64,000 nt of DNA, from NCBI RefSeq assembly GCF_009914755.1, contig NC_060945.1. One strand, 5' to 3'. Origin of the DNA: the human T2T-CHM13v2.0 reference genome, Homo sapiens. The notes below the pieces were generated by a model. The model did no database searches. It was not told the DNA's origin and saw only the letters and a program-made list of their open reading frames with translations. A program made the translations under genes and the position numbers. Shown here piece by piece: positions 29,215 through 44,000 of the stretch. Each line of letters opens with the position of its first letter. Position 1 is the first letter of the stretch.

Positions 29215-29386
29215 AGGACTGCCAGTTTTAGCAAAATAAAAATATGAGACATGCAGTTAAGTCTGAATTTTAGCTAGACAATAAATAATTTTAGAATATT
29301 AGTATGTCCAATATGTCATATTGTTTTTACTGCTTATTGGAAATTCAATTTTGACTATACATCTTCTATTTTTATTTGGCAACTTT
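29215..29386. mobile_element. MER53 palindromic MITE (diverged)
   Basis: AGGACTGCCAGTTTTAGCAAAATAAAAATA ... TATTTTTATTTGGCAACTTT; termini and internal arms match remembered MER53. Confidence 0.75.
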
Positions 29387-30466
29387 ATTTAGATAGTATT
29401 TTCCATAATGAAGTGTCTTACTCCTGTTTCTCCATATATTTCCACTCACAGTAAGTAAAGGAATAGAAACTAACGAATAAAATTCATGTATGAAATATCA
29501 GGGGAAAAATACAAAATTAAAATAATTTATATTAAATTAATAGAAAATCAAAGAAAATGCCCTTTTTCTAAATGCCAGAATCATATAAAATTTGTATTAG
29601 GCTATGTTTATTTTATATGATTAAACAAAATGGTTTAGCAAATGGCATTTAATAAACAAAAGCCAGTTTATAACATTAGCATAAACTTCAGAGGATTAAA
29701 AATTTGTTACAGTGTCTAAGCCATATTTCTGGTGGGTTTCTGTGATATTCTATGTGGTCTTTGCATTAGTTACTACAGAGTATTTTTCGGTGCAAGTTCT
29801 GGAGGGAAAGTTTTCTAAGAAATGAACATTCCCATTAAAGGAATTTCACTCTTCAATTAATAGAAAGCATCATTTGTTTTTCACATGATCTGTTGCTATC
29901 GGTTCCTTTAAAATGTTTGTTAGCTTTTTAAACATCTGTTGCTGTAAGAAGATAAATCTTACACACATTACTTGTGCTGTGTGTTTGCCCCAGAGTCAAG
30001 TCAATGTTTTACATGGCGCCTAGAGATCTGTGATAACAGCTCACTGGCTGTGTTCCTGCACGTCATAATCTAACCCTTTCCCGTATCCTGATCTCTTCCT
30101 TCCTGACCATCCTCACCATCCTCAGCTCAGTGGCTCTCCCCATTTCCTGTTTTGCTCAGACCCTCACCAGAGCCAAGCTCTCCAGCCAGGTCTTCTCCCT
30201 ACATTCATCAGCCACCGCCCTCCGTCCGCCCGGCTGCGGCAATTCTGTCCTACTTTTGCAGCCTGAACCCTGAGCAGAGAATAACAAACCTGGAAACTTT
30301 CATAGTGTCACCCAAAGTCACACCGCACACACATGTGCTTGGCCACGTATTCACACATAATGATTTTTTTTTAATTTAATGAGGGAATTGTTATGTAAAT
30401 TTGGCACCATTTCTTTTTGTTTTATATGGATGGACATGAGCACTTAAAGATTAAGAGGTTATTTTC

Positions 30467-30788
<322 letters not shown>

Positions 30789-31345
30789 TTATTTTCAAAC
30801 TTGCATAGTCACACGTCAAGGCAGGAACCCAAGCCCTGCCATCAAATCAAAGTTTTGAGATTTAAGTTCTTCCTCTGTAATACAGGATCGTATGGTCCCA
30901 GAGTTAAAATAGAACTTAAAATACCTAGCTGAAGTGCTTATAGTTATCAGAAAATGTTTGTTTCTTCCCTGCAATTTTCACTAAAGTGAAGAAGACGTGT
31001 GAGAGACAATTTGTGAGACCTAATTCTGGTTGAGGCTAAGAATTCCATTCGTTTTCCAGTCACTGACAAATTTATTTAACTCTTTTGCTTTTGGACATGT
31101 TTCTTTGTCACACAAGGTTGTTCTGTGATTATATGTTTCTATAATCTTTTCAGTTTAAAATTTGACTTAATAATTAGCATATAGCAAGTCAAGAATTTTT
31201 TTTTTTGCAAGTCAACAATTTTCAAATGAATAAATGCATGAGTAAATGGTGGTATCCCTTGCTTTACTACAAATAATACAAAATATTTTGCAATTGTTTA
31301 ATGACACATTTGAGAGTGACATAGGTATTTTATTGTTTCTGTGGA

Positions 31346-31547
31346 TTTTTGTTTGTTTGTTTTTCTAGATGGAGTCTCGCTCTGCCGCCCAGGCTGGAGT
31401 GCAGTGGCGCTATCTCAGCTCACTGCAGGCCCCGCCTCCCGGGTTCACGCCATTCTCCTGCCTCAGCCTCCTGAGTAGCTGGGACTACATGCGCCCGCCA
31501 CCACGCCTGGCTAATTTTTTGTATTGGTAGAGACGGGGTTTCACCGT
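31346..31547 (-). mobile_element. 5'-truncated AluY-like element
   Basis: Right arm with TTCACGCCATTCTCC; ends in the left arm; TTCTGTGG duplicated on both sides. Confidence 0.9.
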
Positions 31548-32120
31548 TCTGTGGGTATTTTAAAGTAAACTCTAGGACATTTTTAAGTAGTTGGATTTTT
31601 AAAAATTGTCCCACATACTAAGTTACATTTTTTACACAGTTGCAGCACAGTACTTACCTTTGATCCTCGTTTGAGCCTCTGGCTTTCTTTAGCCTGCTTA
31701 AGCTCTGTCCTCTCTCTCTTTACTCTTCTATTCAAAGAGTAGTATGTATTTTGTAAAGATTTTGTAATCTTGCCTACTAATAAAGTTTACATTCCTCAGC
31801 AGGAGAGTAAGGAACTTTACAATCTGCTTCCAATGCACCAACATAAACTCGTATCAGGCTGTCTCTTCATCTCCTGTGTCCACCATTTCCCAGCCCCTAC
31901 GTGTACACCACTACTTTATATTTCACTCACACTGGGGCTCCATGCACCAACGTAGCACATGAGCAGTGGTGTGTAGCAGAAGGCAAGAAAGTCCATAAGC
32001 GTAGGCTTTGGAATGAGGCAATCAGAGCTCAAATGTAGCTGTAGCTGTATCATTTTGTAGCTACACGGCTATCTCTGTCTCCATCAACCTCACTTGTTTT
32101 ACCTATGACTAAAATAATAT

Positions 32121-32495
<375 letters not shown>

Positions 32496-33687
32496 TTATG
32501 AAGTGTTTGGTACAGGGAAGGCAATAAGTGTAAGCTATTGTGATACAATAAAGATGGACATGAAAGTTTTTGCTTATTTTGGTTATTCTGTCTAAAAAGG
32601 TTTGAATTACTTTTATTTGTGGCAAAATTGCATAATCTTTGAGATCTGCTAACCTTTATATTCACATTAAAATGTAATTAATAATGATTATGTTGCATGC
32701 CACTCTCTTATTTCTTAGTTGACATTGTATCTTTTCCTAGTCTGACTTTTCTCCAGATTAACACTTTAAAAAAAGTCATACGCAATCAGAGTAAAGGGAA
32801 TTTGTCAGTCATTTACTCCAATATCCTCATCTAATAATTAACAAAACTGAAGTTCAAACTCGTTGATAACTAACATATTTTTGTGAGATTGTTGTATAAT
32901 GTCTGCCTTCGTAGTAGCCTGTGAATTTCCAAAAAGTAGAAAACCACGTCTGTGTGAATGGCTTAGTATCAACAATGATTGATATAGGGTGAACTCTCAG
33001 TGATGAATATTTCTGGAATAAGAGAATGTTGTGGAACTACTTCTGGCCAGACTTCTTAATTGTAGGCTGGTGCTTTTTGTGTTATACTATGTTTCTTTTC
33101 ACTCAAACCTCATCTTGTTTTGCAGATTCACTTATTAAAAATCTCTCCTGAAAGTTTTTGTATATCCTGGAGTGGCCCACATAAAACTGATCGTTATGAG
33201 ATCCAGGAACTCTCCTGGTTGTATAATGTGATCACCTGCTTTTGGAGGTCTAATGATGCATACCCCCAGAGACAGACCAAGGAAAAAGTAAAGCTGAAGC
33301 AATAACTTATTTATTTACTTACTTACTTACTTACTTTTTCCTGGCTAAGATGATCTAGACATGTGGATCTTCTATCCTTGGCATCAAATTTGGTGCTCCT
33401 TTCTTGTGTCTAACAATTAATTGCTTCAACCTTAATTTCACAGTAGTACCAATTTTGTGTTAACCTTGGCTGTCTGCAGACTACTTTCATTCTTGTTGCT
33501 TATTTCTACTCTTTAGTAACCCGGAGAGAAGCAGAAAAGTTTATAGGACTTGTGTTCTATAAATGAGGGAACTAAGGCTTTGTCTGAATTCAGATACCCT
33601 CTCTGCCATCATACTGTTTTTACGTTGTGCAGTTTTGCCTCCCTTCACTGGGTTGGGGCTGCCTTAGAACTATGGTTGAGCTAAGGA

Positions 33688-33958
33688 TGAGGTGGCCTCC
33701 ACCTGTAATCCCGGCACTTTGGGAGGCCAAGGAATGTGGATAGCTTGAGGTCAGGAGTTCGAGACCAGCATAGGCAACATCGTGAAACCCTGTCTCTACT
33801 AAAAATACAAAAACTAGCTGGGTGTGATGGTGCATGCCTATAGTCCCACCTACTTGAGAGACTGAGGCAGGAGAAGTGCTTGAATCTGGGAGGCAGAGGT
33901 TGCAATGAGCCAAGACTGTGCCACTGTACTCCAGCCTGGGCGACAGAACAAGACTCTG

Positions 33959-33989
<31 letters not shown>
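33688..33989 (+). mobile_element. Alu (old S/J)
   Basis: Dimer plus long A tail. Confidence 0.92.
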
Positions 33990-33992
<3 letters not shown>

Positions 33993-34067
33993 AACTGGGC
34001 CTCAGTTTGGTCATCTGGAAAATGAGCCAGATGGTCTCTAAGGTTCTTACCATTAATAAGTCTCTTC

Positions 34068-34250
34068 CAAAAATACAAAAAAATTAGCTGGGCATGGTGC
34101 CACACACCTGTGGTCCTAGCTACTCTGGAGGCTGAGGTGGGAGGATTGCTTGAGCCCAGGAAGCAGGTGTTGTAGTGAGCCAAGATCATGCCACTGCATT
34201 CCAGCCTGGACAACACAGCAAGACTCTGTCTTAAAAATAAATAAATAAAT
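34068..34250 (+). mobile_element. Alu right arm (AluJ/FRAM)
   Basis: GGAGGATTGCTTGAGCCCAGG; (TAAA)n tail. Confidence 0.88.
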
Positions 34251-34554
34251 AACTATGGCTGAGATATTTTACCACAGTGAAAGAAATCTAACCATTCTCC
34301 CCGTAAGTTCTAGCAAAGTTCCTAGAGCAGCCTTGGGCTATAGGACCACTGAATTCCCATGCTAAAGTCCCCCCCCACACCACCCCCCATGGAGTCCTGA
34401 AGTTAAACAGCTGGCTAGTTCAAATTGTGGTTTAGGGCTGCAAGGTCTGTGTTTAGTAATTAGCACTTGAACCTAGCAATAACCTTCAATGAGTCTCTCA
34501 TTTTCCTGCTCTGGGGAGAGAAAAAATCAACAAATACAGACTAAGTGTGCTCTA

Positions 34555-34762
34555 GTGTCAGATGGTCAGAGTCTGGATCACTTGTTGGATGTATGGAACT
34601 AAACAAGTTCTTTCATTTCTTTGTACTTCAGATGCCTCATCTGCAAAGCAGTGTCAATCTCAAAGTTTCTTGGAAAGGGTAAATGAAATTATAAATGTAA
34701 TAGCACGGGGCCTGACTCATAGGAGTGCTCCGTAAATATTAGCTCCTAATCATTATTATTAT
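34555..34762 (+). mobile_element. MIR relic
   Basis: CCTCATCTGCAAA...AAATGAAATTATAAATGTAA...TAAATATTAGCT...ATTATTATT. Confidence 0.6.
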
Positions 34763-37629
34763 TCAGTACTTGGCAAAAATCAAGTTACAGTTTCATCTAA
34801 TCTGAGTTGATCACATGCATATTTTTCTTTATTTAAAAAAAATTTCTTTACAAACATGAAATAAATGGGGTGGAATTTACTTTCTTCATTTATAACTAGA
34901 TGATTTCAATTAATTTGATTTTCAGCAAAAGCATCTTTATCAGTTTTGACCATGTTGGAAACTGAACACAGCCCATCTGGCATTATTGGCACCACATTGG
35001 AAATGTATATAATCTTATGGTGAAAGTACAATTACAAGTGTAATTCTGTCTTGACGTTTGCTTGAAATTCATCTCTTTTGGGTTATATGTTAATAATGAG
35101 GGCGGAAATTTGCTGTGAGCATTTACATTTGATCTAGACACAGGCTAATATTGTTTGCCTGCAATATATTTAACATTCCAAAACTGCTTTCTGATTTATC
35201 TTATGTATCTTAAAACTTACAGCTATTAATTCTTCTCATTTTTCCACTAAAGCTAGCATACCACAAAGCAAAATATGAATATATTCTATAAGTTGTAGAA
35301 TTTCTTAAGATTTATCTCTACCATTGGATGAGGCATCATAGGCCCTTTTCCTCAAGGAAGTGGAAAATATTCTGTGCCAGTAGTTGTCAGTAAAAGAGGA
35401 TATCTGTCCCTAAAGTTTATTTCATATGAATATTAATATTCCTTATATGGCCATCATTTTCAGTGTTTCATTTTCCAAATGCACTTTCTAAAAACATGTT
35501 AAATTATGGTCCATTACTAACCACTAATGGATGATTTTATGACTGAATTCTGCACCAAAAATGATTATTTGCTGTGTGAGGACAGATTTGCAAAACAAGA
35601 TGTGGTAGCATTTAAACGGCCACTTATTTTTAGTAGAAGACTGCCCTGACTGTGGCCTAAAACTTAGATTTCCATTTCATGGCATCATTATCTTCAGACC
35701 CAGATGGGCGTCTCTTGCACTTAAGGAGCATGAGGAAAACCAATTTGATTAAAATAAGCTGTTTCGTATCATTAGGAAATTTGGAGATGGAAAAATAAAG
35801 ATTTGTGTAATAAATGTATGATCTGAAGCCACGTTCATCCTCCAAGGTAATTAGCAATTCTGTATTTGCAGGAACCAGGAAGGCAACAGATTTTTCTTCA
35901 GGATGCTCTTTTTGTGGAAAATTGTGGGTATAATACTTGATGGGTCAAACTGAACAAAGTGAACTATTTGATTTATGGTGTGAATATTATGAGAATTATT
36001 CTGTAGTTCATTTCTTCCCATCAATTCATGAAATCAATCTTTTAAGCTTATTTTGCAATCAAAATTCCTAAAAAAAAAACCTAAGGATCTTATCTTATAA
36101 TAACATCACAATTCTTTCTATATTATTTTCATTCAATATACTGCATATCTAGATCCATTAAAGTAATTTTAAAAATTTCTTCTATTGATATGGCTACAGT
36201 CTATTTCAAATATTGGCACCTGAAGATAATTGTGAAGTCAGCAATGATTCAGCAAAACAGAATTTAAATAGTGCTGAAAGCATAAATAGTACCCAAGGAG
36301 ATGTGGGTCTTTTCTAAAAAAATTTAAGATCTAGGATTTACCCATACTTAAATAAACTTTAAGTATTTATTTTTTAACTAATCTCCACTCAAAGCTCCTT
36401 CAAACGCTGTTTCCATGTTGTTTACAGTGTAAATGAATAGGATAATGAAAATAACTATTAAATAAAATAGAGGTTAAGTGACCTGCCTGCAGCCACAGAG
36501 TTAGTTCATGGCTATGCCAAGAATCAAACTTAGATTTTCTGGTTTGCCCATGTTCTTTTAACTGCTTTTTTTGATGAAGTCAAGGCTTTGAGATAACTGA
36601 CCTCAATACATAGTTCAGTATCTCCGTTTGTCAGCACAAAATACACTTCATGCTATTGTGGTGTTTAGATAAAATATACAAAATATAAATGCTAATGAGA
36701 TGCCCAATATGTGATGATGAATCGCAAAAAGCAATATAATGTGACAAATATTTATTAAATAGCTAATTCTGTCAATATAAATATTTCTGAGGAGAGTATT
36801 CTTTTCACCTTCAGAAAGCCGTATAATACCAACAATTTATGAGGGGTGAAACCAATCAATGGTAAAATACTTTCGGATTTTTAAAAACTAATTTAGTAAT
36901 TGGCAATATATTCAGGAACATTATTAAGTTGGTTTTTTTGCATCACAAAGATTGAATTCTGCTATTTCTGTTGATAGAACATGTACTAAATGATAACACT
37001 GATTAATAAGGGTAAGTTAGGTAATTTTTAGAAGTGCGGTTCCAGGAAGAAAACTTCCTAAATGATGGAAGAAAAAAATAAGTTAACTTAGATATTTTTC
37101 TGTACAATTTAGAAACAGACGAACCACAGATTACAAAGCATGACTTCATGATCTCTGGAACAAGGCTATGACATGAGGAATTTAAGAAGCTCCCCTTACA
37201 TACATTGTATCAGACTCTTGCCCCTCCCTCCAGGACCTTGTGCTGCCTGTTCCATTGCCTGAAATATTTATGTGACCCAAAGAAGACTGGGTCTTAGATG
37301 TTAGATTCTCCAAGAATCCTCCCCAGACTCCCGGTGTCTGTGGGAAGGATGGTCCAGTGCGCCCCTTAGAGTCTGTACTTTGTCAGCCTTTGTCACAATA
37401 TAATCAGCACATCGAATGCTGTGGGCTGTTTACCTGGCGTCATTTCGCTGGAGAGACAACTTCCCAAGAACAGGAACTGAGTGTCCAGTGGTCTAGCTGT
37501 GTTTCACCCATAGTAAGTGATCAACTCTGATTGAATGAAGGGATACTCAAGTTAACTAGTCCCTGTGCAAGTCCCTATAGCGTAGAGTCACAGGCTCTCT
37601 TTTGAAGCTCTTTACTACACTTTATTTCA

Positions 37630-37930
37630 CTCAGATGACAGGCAAGGAAACTGAGACTCAGGCAGGCTAAGAGATCACACACCATAAATGGCAGAGTGAG
37701 GAAATCAAGCCCATTCTCTTTCCTTGCTTATTCTTTCATTCAACACATTTATGCTGAGCATCCTCTATGTGTCAGACATTATGTCAAAGCTGAGAATCCA
37801 AAGATAAATAGGTTAAGATTTCCTGAAGCTCCCTGCCTAGTCAGAGATAGACTATAAACAGTAATTATAATTCAATATGATAAGGGCTTTGACAGAACCA
37901 TGTACTCTGTGCTGTAGAATTTCTAAAGAA
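37630..37930 (-). mobile_element. Adjacent MIR and L2 relics
   Basis: GGAAACTGAGACTCAG (MIR core), then TTCATTCAACACATTTATGCTGAGCATCCTCTATGTGTCAG (antisense L2 3' end). Confidence 0.6.
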
Positions 37931-38766
37931 GGAATCAGTGTCTGTGCATATTAAATCGCTCCATTTTATTTTAATATTCTTTTAATACTCTTTTATGTCT
38001 GACTTTAGTATATAACTACCCTCATTTAGAAGAAGGTAGGCAAAGGCCTATTCAATTTAATGAAAGTTTAAATATTGCAATGTTATTTCTAAACTAATTA
38101 GTTTTCATGATTGTTCATATTGTACATTAATTTGAATATCAAACAGAAGTCTAATAGTTTTAAGTGGATTGCTTAGAAAAATTAGTATTGTCATTTATAT
38201 AACTTGGAATCCAAAGAAGATTCTCTGAAGAGAATGATCATAAGCACATTACCAGAGTAGATGAGTGAAGAACTGGGGTAGGAGTACACTATGGCATGGA
38301 GATGGCTTAGGGTGAATCAGGAACTAGCAACACCCTTCGATAAAGCAGCTGTGTGCCTGAGTTTTGATCAGAAGTTCATCTGCTGTTGTTAAAGATCTTT
38401 TAAAGAATAACTGGATGAATAGTTATTTTACTTCTCATAGTTGCCTGGATTAATAGATTTATTTTACTTCTCATAGTTTTTAAATTATTCTTCAGACAAA
38501 AGAAAATAGCCATGGCAGATTATGGCATTTAATAATGGTAATTCAAAATATTTTATCAAATGAATTTAAAAAAAAGTAAATGTCAATAGGCAACATCAGT
38601 TTATTTCCATTTCTTAATAATCACCAAGCTATTCAAACCGAGAGCAATGAGAAGCTCATAAAAAACAAGCCATGAACCTACCAGGAAATTCGAGGGAGGG
38701 GATCTCCCTTTATCAATCTGTGTATCTCCAGTGCTAAGCACGATGGCTTATCTCATATGTGGTTGA

Positions 38767-39097
<331 letters not shown>

Positions 39098-39532
39098 TAA
39101 AACTTCGTTCTTTAAAAATAAGTAAACAAACCAAAAATTGAATAGACATAAACCAAATAAGGATAAAAGAAAACTCTGCTTTAAAAGCCTAATTCCAAAA
39201 ACCTATGAGCTGCAAGTCATCAGTGATTAAAAGCTAGGAGGCACACTGGATGTTTAAAAGTAGTACCTGTGCCCTTCTAAAGCAGCCAAACCAGTGAAAA
39301 TGGGTAGAAGCCAATAAGGGGGCATTCACCCCTTTCAAGCATCTAAGGAATGCACATTCAACACATTCCAAGCACACCTCCCCCGCTGCAGGCTGCTCAG
39401 GCCAGTGGCCTTCCACCTCTAGCCACATTGCACAAAAATTAATAGGAAAACAAAAGAGATGCCTTTCTGGATTTGTCACATTGCTTCACACTGGTGCCCC
39501 TTTCTCTTGTAATCAGGATAAAGAAAGTCTCT

Positions 39533-39839
<307 letters not shown>

Positions 39840-40948
39840 CATTGCAGCCCCATTGTGAAAAGCAGGAATGTGTGAACCCAAAAGTTCTGACAAAGGAAGT
39901 GGACGGGGCAGCAGGCATAGATGAGGTAGCCCGTGTAGAAAAACTCCAGAATTTGCTAGGTATTTTTTTTCTTCTGGTCACTATTTAGAATTCTTTGCTT
40001 AAACTCCCACTTCCAACTTATTGTATATATATTGTCAGCTCAAGAATGGAGAAGAAGGTGTTTAACTCTAGATTAGACTACCCAACCTGTGGTTTAGTAG
40101 GGTAAATAGAGTTCATAAACAAAAAGCCCTGTCCTTACCAGTGTTCATCAACCACCTGCTTGCTGTGTCGAAATCAAGCCAGTCAGGAAACTCATCCCAC
40201 CCTTGATAACCAGAAGCAGTAATTCAGCAAAGTGGACTAATTGTACTATGTCACTCGTTTTTACTATACAGATATCTGTGGATATCTCTCCAGAACTTCA
40301 TGTATATGTAAGTGACTTGCTCCCAATTCTTTCACATTTTATCAATATCAGCTGTGTTTTGCTTAAAAAATGAGCCTTACCTAACTAAAATTTCTACTGT
40401 AATAAAGCAAGTTAATTGTAGTGAAATCTAATTATCTGTTTACTATGATTTCATTATAAATCTTGTGGGTTTTTTTTTCTTACATTGTCCTTATGTATTA
40501 GCACCTGTGGTAAGATATATTGATCACAGTTTCATCAGATAGGCATACTGCTTCAATATTGTTTGAAAAAAATCTTTATCTTTCAGCTTCATATTCTAGG
40601 AGGAACCAAATGTAACATTTACTTTTCATTTTGATTGCATATTAACTTGAGGTCATAATCTTGCTTTAACAATCCATCTCTTCTAATTATAGATATAGGA
40701 GGTATGGAAGTATGTGTTTGCCACAGAACAAACCCTGGATATATTTCCATCTTGCTTATAAAACTTGTCTTTATGTAAATGTTTAAATAAGATATTTTAG
40801 GATAAATGGTTTTTATCATTGCCTATTATGTCATTTTCTATTAAAAGTGAATTTTATACTTAATTGACTCTGATTCTTAAGGCATTAAATTCTAGTCCAT
40901 TCTTCTTATGAGATAGGGTTAGTAAAATAAGTTAGTTTTATGGGATCA

Positions 40949-41093
<145 letters not shown>

Positions 41094-44000
41094 TCAAGTA
41101 AAAATATCTAGAAATATACTTTCCCCAAAATGTGTATATTTCCTTATGCCATTCTGCCAATTAAAAATTGTCAGTTCCTGGATGTTACTTGGATGGTGTT
41201 TTCCTAATACTAAAGCTACTTATTCTAGGCATTTGTGAGTTTTATCATTCTCAGGAAGAATAAATTAACTCAAGTGTCTTGCCTTTACTAATAATCTATA
41301 GAAGATATAATACATTACAAAACGAGATCTTCAAAGGCAATTTATCTATGTCTGTGGGTCAGCGGAGAGACATCAAGAGTTAGGAGGGAGTGTACCTGTA
41401 ACATTCTGAATAAGATTTTGATGTTAAAACCAATGTGGCTTGTTAGTCCGATATGTCCCCTCTATGCCACTAAAGATGGTGCCTACTCCTTACCACTCAT
41501 ACTTGCCATATTCTTTACCCATTTTTACTTGACTTTGTACCCCAAAGTTCCTCTTGTGGGCTATGTGTGGAATGTGATGGCTTTTAAAAACATAAATTGG
41601 GGAACAAGTGTGAAAATAAATATATGGACAACATTTTAAATATTCTAAATATTATAATTTAAACATCAAAAGAGTTATTGTATATGTTCAAGATTGAAAG
41701 TTAAAAAGTGAATATAAAATTCTAAATAATAATAACTATTTCAACATGAACCTAAAACTGTGCCTGTTGAACAGTGCATAGAATATTAAATAGAATTAGT
41801 AAAGAGTTACTTGAGTAGTGAATTACATCCTGCATTGTCAGCCTATGATATCTATGTCCATATATTTTGTAGCCTAGATTCATAAAATGTATATTTTTTA
41901 AAATCTTAACACTTTTCATCAAATGGAATGATTTGTTTTTAATTTGATTATGGATCAATTTTTAATTTGATTCTAGAGCCTACTTAATCATTGCTTTAGG
42001 TTCTTAAATTTCTTTTATAGAACATAGGTGAGCAGATTTTTAGGGTTTCCTTTTAGATGGTTCTGAGGTTTCTGTCCATGTTCAATACTATGAGTTTATA
42101 ACTTTACAATATTCTTTTGTCACTTGCCTAAAAGCAGGTTTGTTATTTTTCTTTTTCTCAAGGAAAGCTTTAGAGAGAGAATCTAGATCTTTTAAATTTG
42201 AAAGGCATTCATGATACCCAGTTACTTCCTCTAATGATTGACTACTGTTGTGAAACCTAATGTTAATATTTAAGAAGTGGAAAATTATGGATTGTATTGT
42301 AAAATAGTCAATTAAAAGAAAAGTATTTTTGTGTGTGGGAATCTAGCAACTTTCATCCCATAATCCTTAAATCAAGTTTAATGTATACTAAAAATATCAA
42401 GTTTTACTTTGAACTATTAAGATTAATACAAGACTCCCATGTTTTTTCAGATTTTCCCAATCTTCAATGTTCTAAGGGATTTACTCTGAGACTACTTAAA
42501 CCTTAACATTTTTGATGTTCTCATTTACTCACTGGCTGTTAAAATCTCAAACCTTGTGCATCAATACTAGGAGCTCTTACTTAAAATGATTAATTGTAAT
42601 GTTTTCAACAGTGAGCACTAATGTTTTTCCTTGGGGGAAAAAAAATCTTCCTTATATGTTTATGTGGTTCTCTTGCCTCTGTAGTTGACTTAGATTAATT
42701 TCTTTGCTAATTTTCTTGTTCAGTTGGATAAAAGAAAGCTTCGGGCTTTGTATTTCTTGAAAACCAAGAAAAGTAAGTATTACACATAAGAAAATATCCA
42801 ATTTTACCACTTCTTCCCTTGGGCAGTTGACCCGTGTGCACATGTGCATGCATAGCAATCTTTTGCAATGAACTCAGTTTATATATGAGATCTGTTTTTC
42901 AGTATTGTAGAAAGATATCTAATCTATTTGAAAATACATTGTCAGCACCTAGTGTTCCAAAACATAGATTGAATTTAGTGTGGGAATACCGCATAGTATT
43001 GGAAGAAAAGTAATTAAAATCATTTAGAAATTGTTTTGAAGAATGCATTGCTGCAAGGTGTCATAGCCATATAAACATGACACCACCATCTTATGGAATG
43101 TACAGAAAAGGGGTGTCTCTTGTGCCAAATAAACATTCTTTAATTAACGCTTCACAATATGTAGTGTGAACTTTCCTAGTCTGTGTTTATCCCTCCTGGG
43201 GCTGCTACTTTTAATGCCTCAAAAACTGTTGCCTGTATATATTCTCTTTCTGCTGGATCTTGGGATGAAGAATTGATTACAGGTGCATTTTCTCCTTGAA
43301 TCTGTCTAATAAGCTGAACTAAAACTACACTAATACAAGAAAGCAACAAGAAAGGTCTTCTTATGATGAATTAGTTGTGCTTATATACATATAAGAGTTA
43401 GTGAGGGCCACAAGAATAAACTGGCACAATAAACTATTTGTATTTGAACACTACTATTTGTATTTTAATATAATAATTACTTTGAATTCCATAATTAATA
43501 TACCTATACGTGAAACGTTTTCCGCTCAGCAAAGTCATAGACTTTGGGGGGAAAATGTTATTTTATTTTATTGTGAGGGTTTGAATAGGCATTTTGCTAT
43601 TCATTATCTATTTGCAGGGAAATGACAAGTTTTCAAAATGAAACAGTCTTTGTTACCTGTCTCTTTTGAAAGACTTACTCTCATGTTGTTTATTTAATTG
43701 TTTTGTTGGCATTAATCTTGCTTTTTTTTAAATAATGCATATTCCTTTTAATTATGTCTACTTATTTAAATAAAACTTTTAAATTGTGAATAGCTATGAA
43801 TCACCATATCCATATAACTAGAATATGAAAATCTTAAAAAATTAATGTGCTGATAATTATAATATTCCTGTTTCTTGCATTTGTTTTACATTAATACACA
43901 TTCTGAAAAAGAGGAAATGCTTATCTTGGGAGTGGCTTAAGTTGTTTTGGGCACTTTTTCTCAGTGATAGTCATATATTTTGGAGCAGCCAAAATTCATA

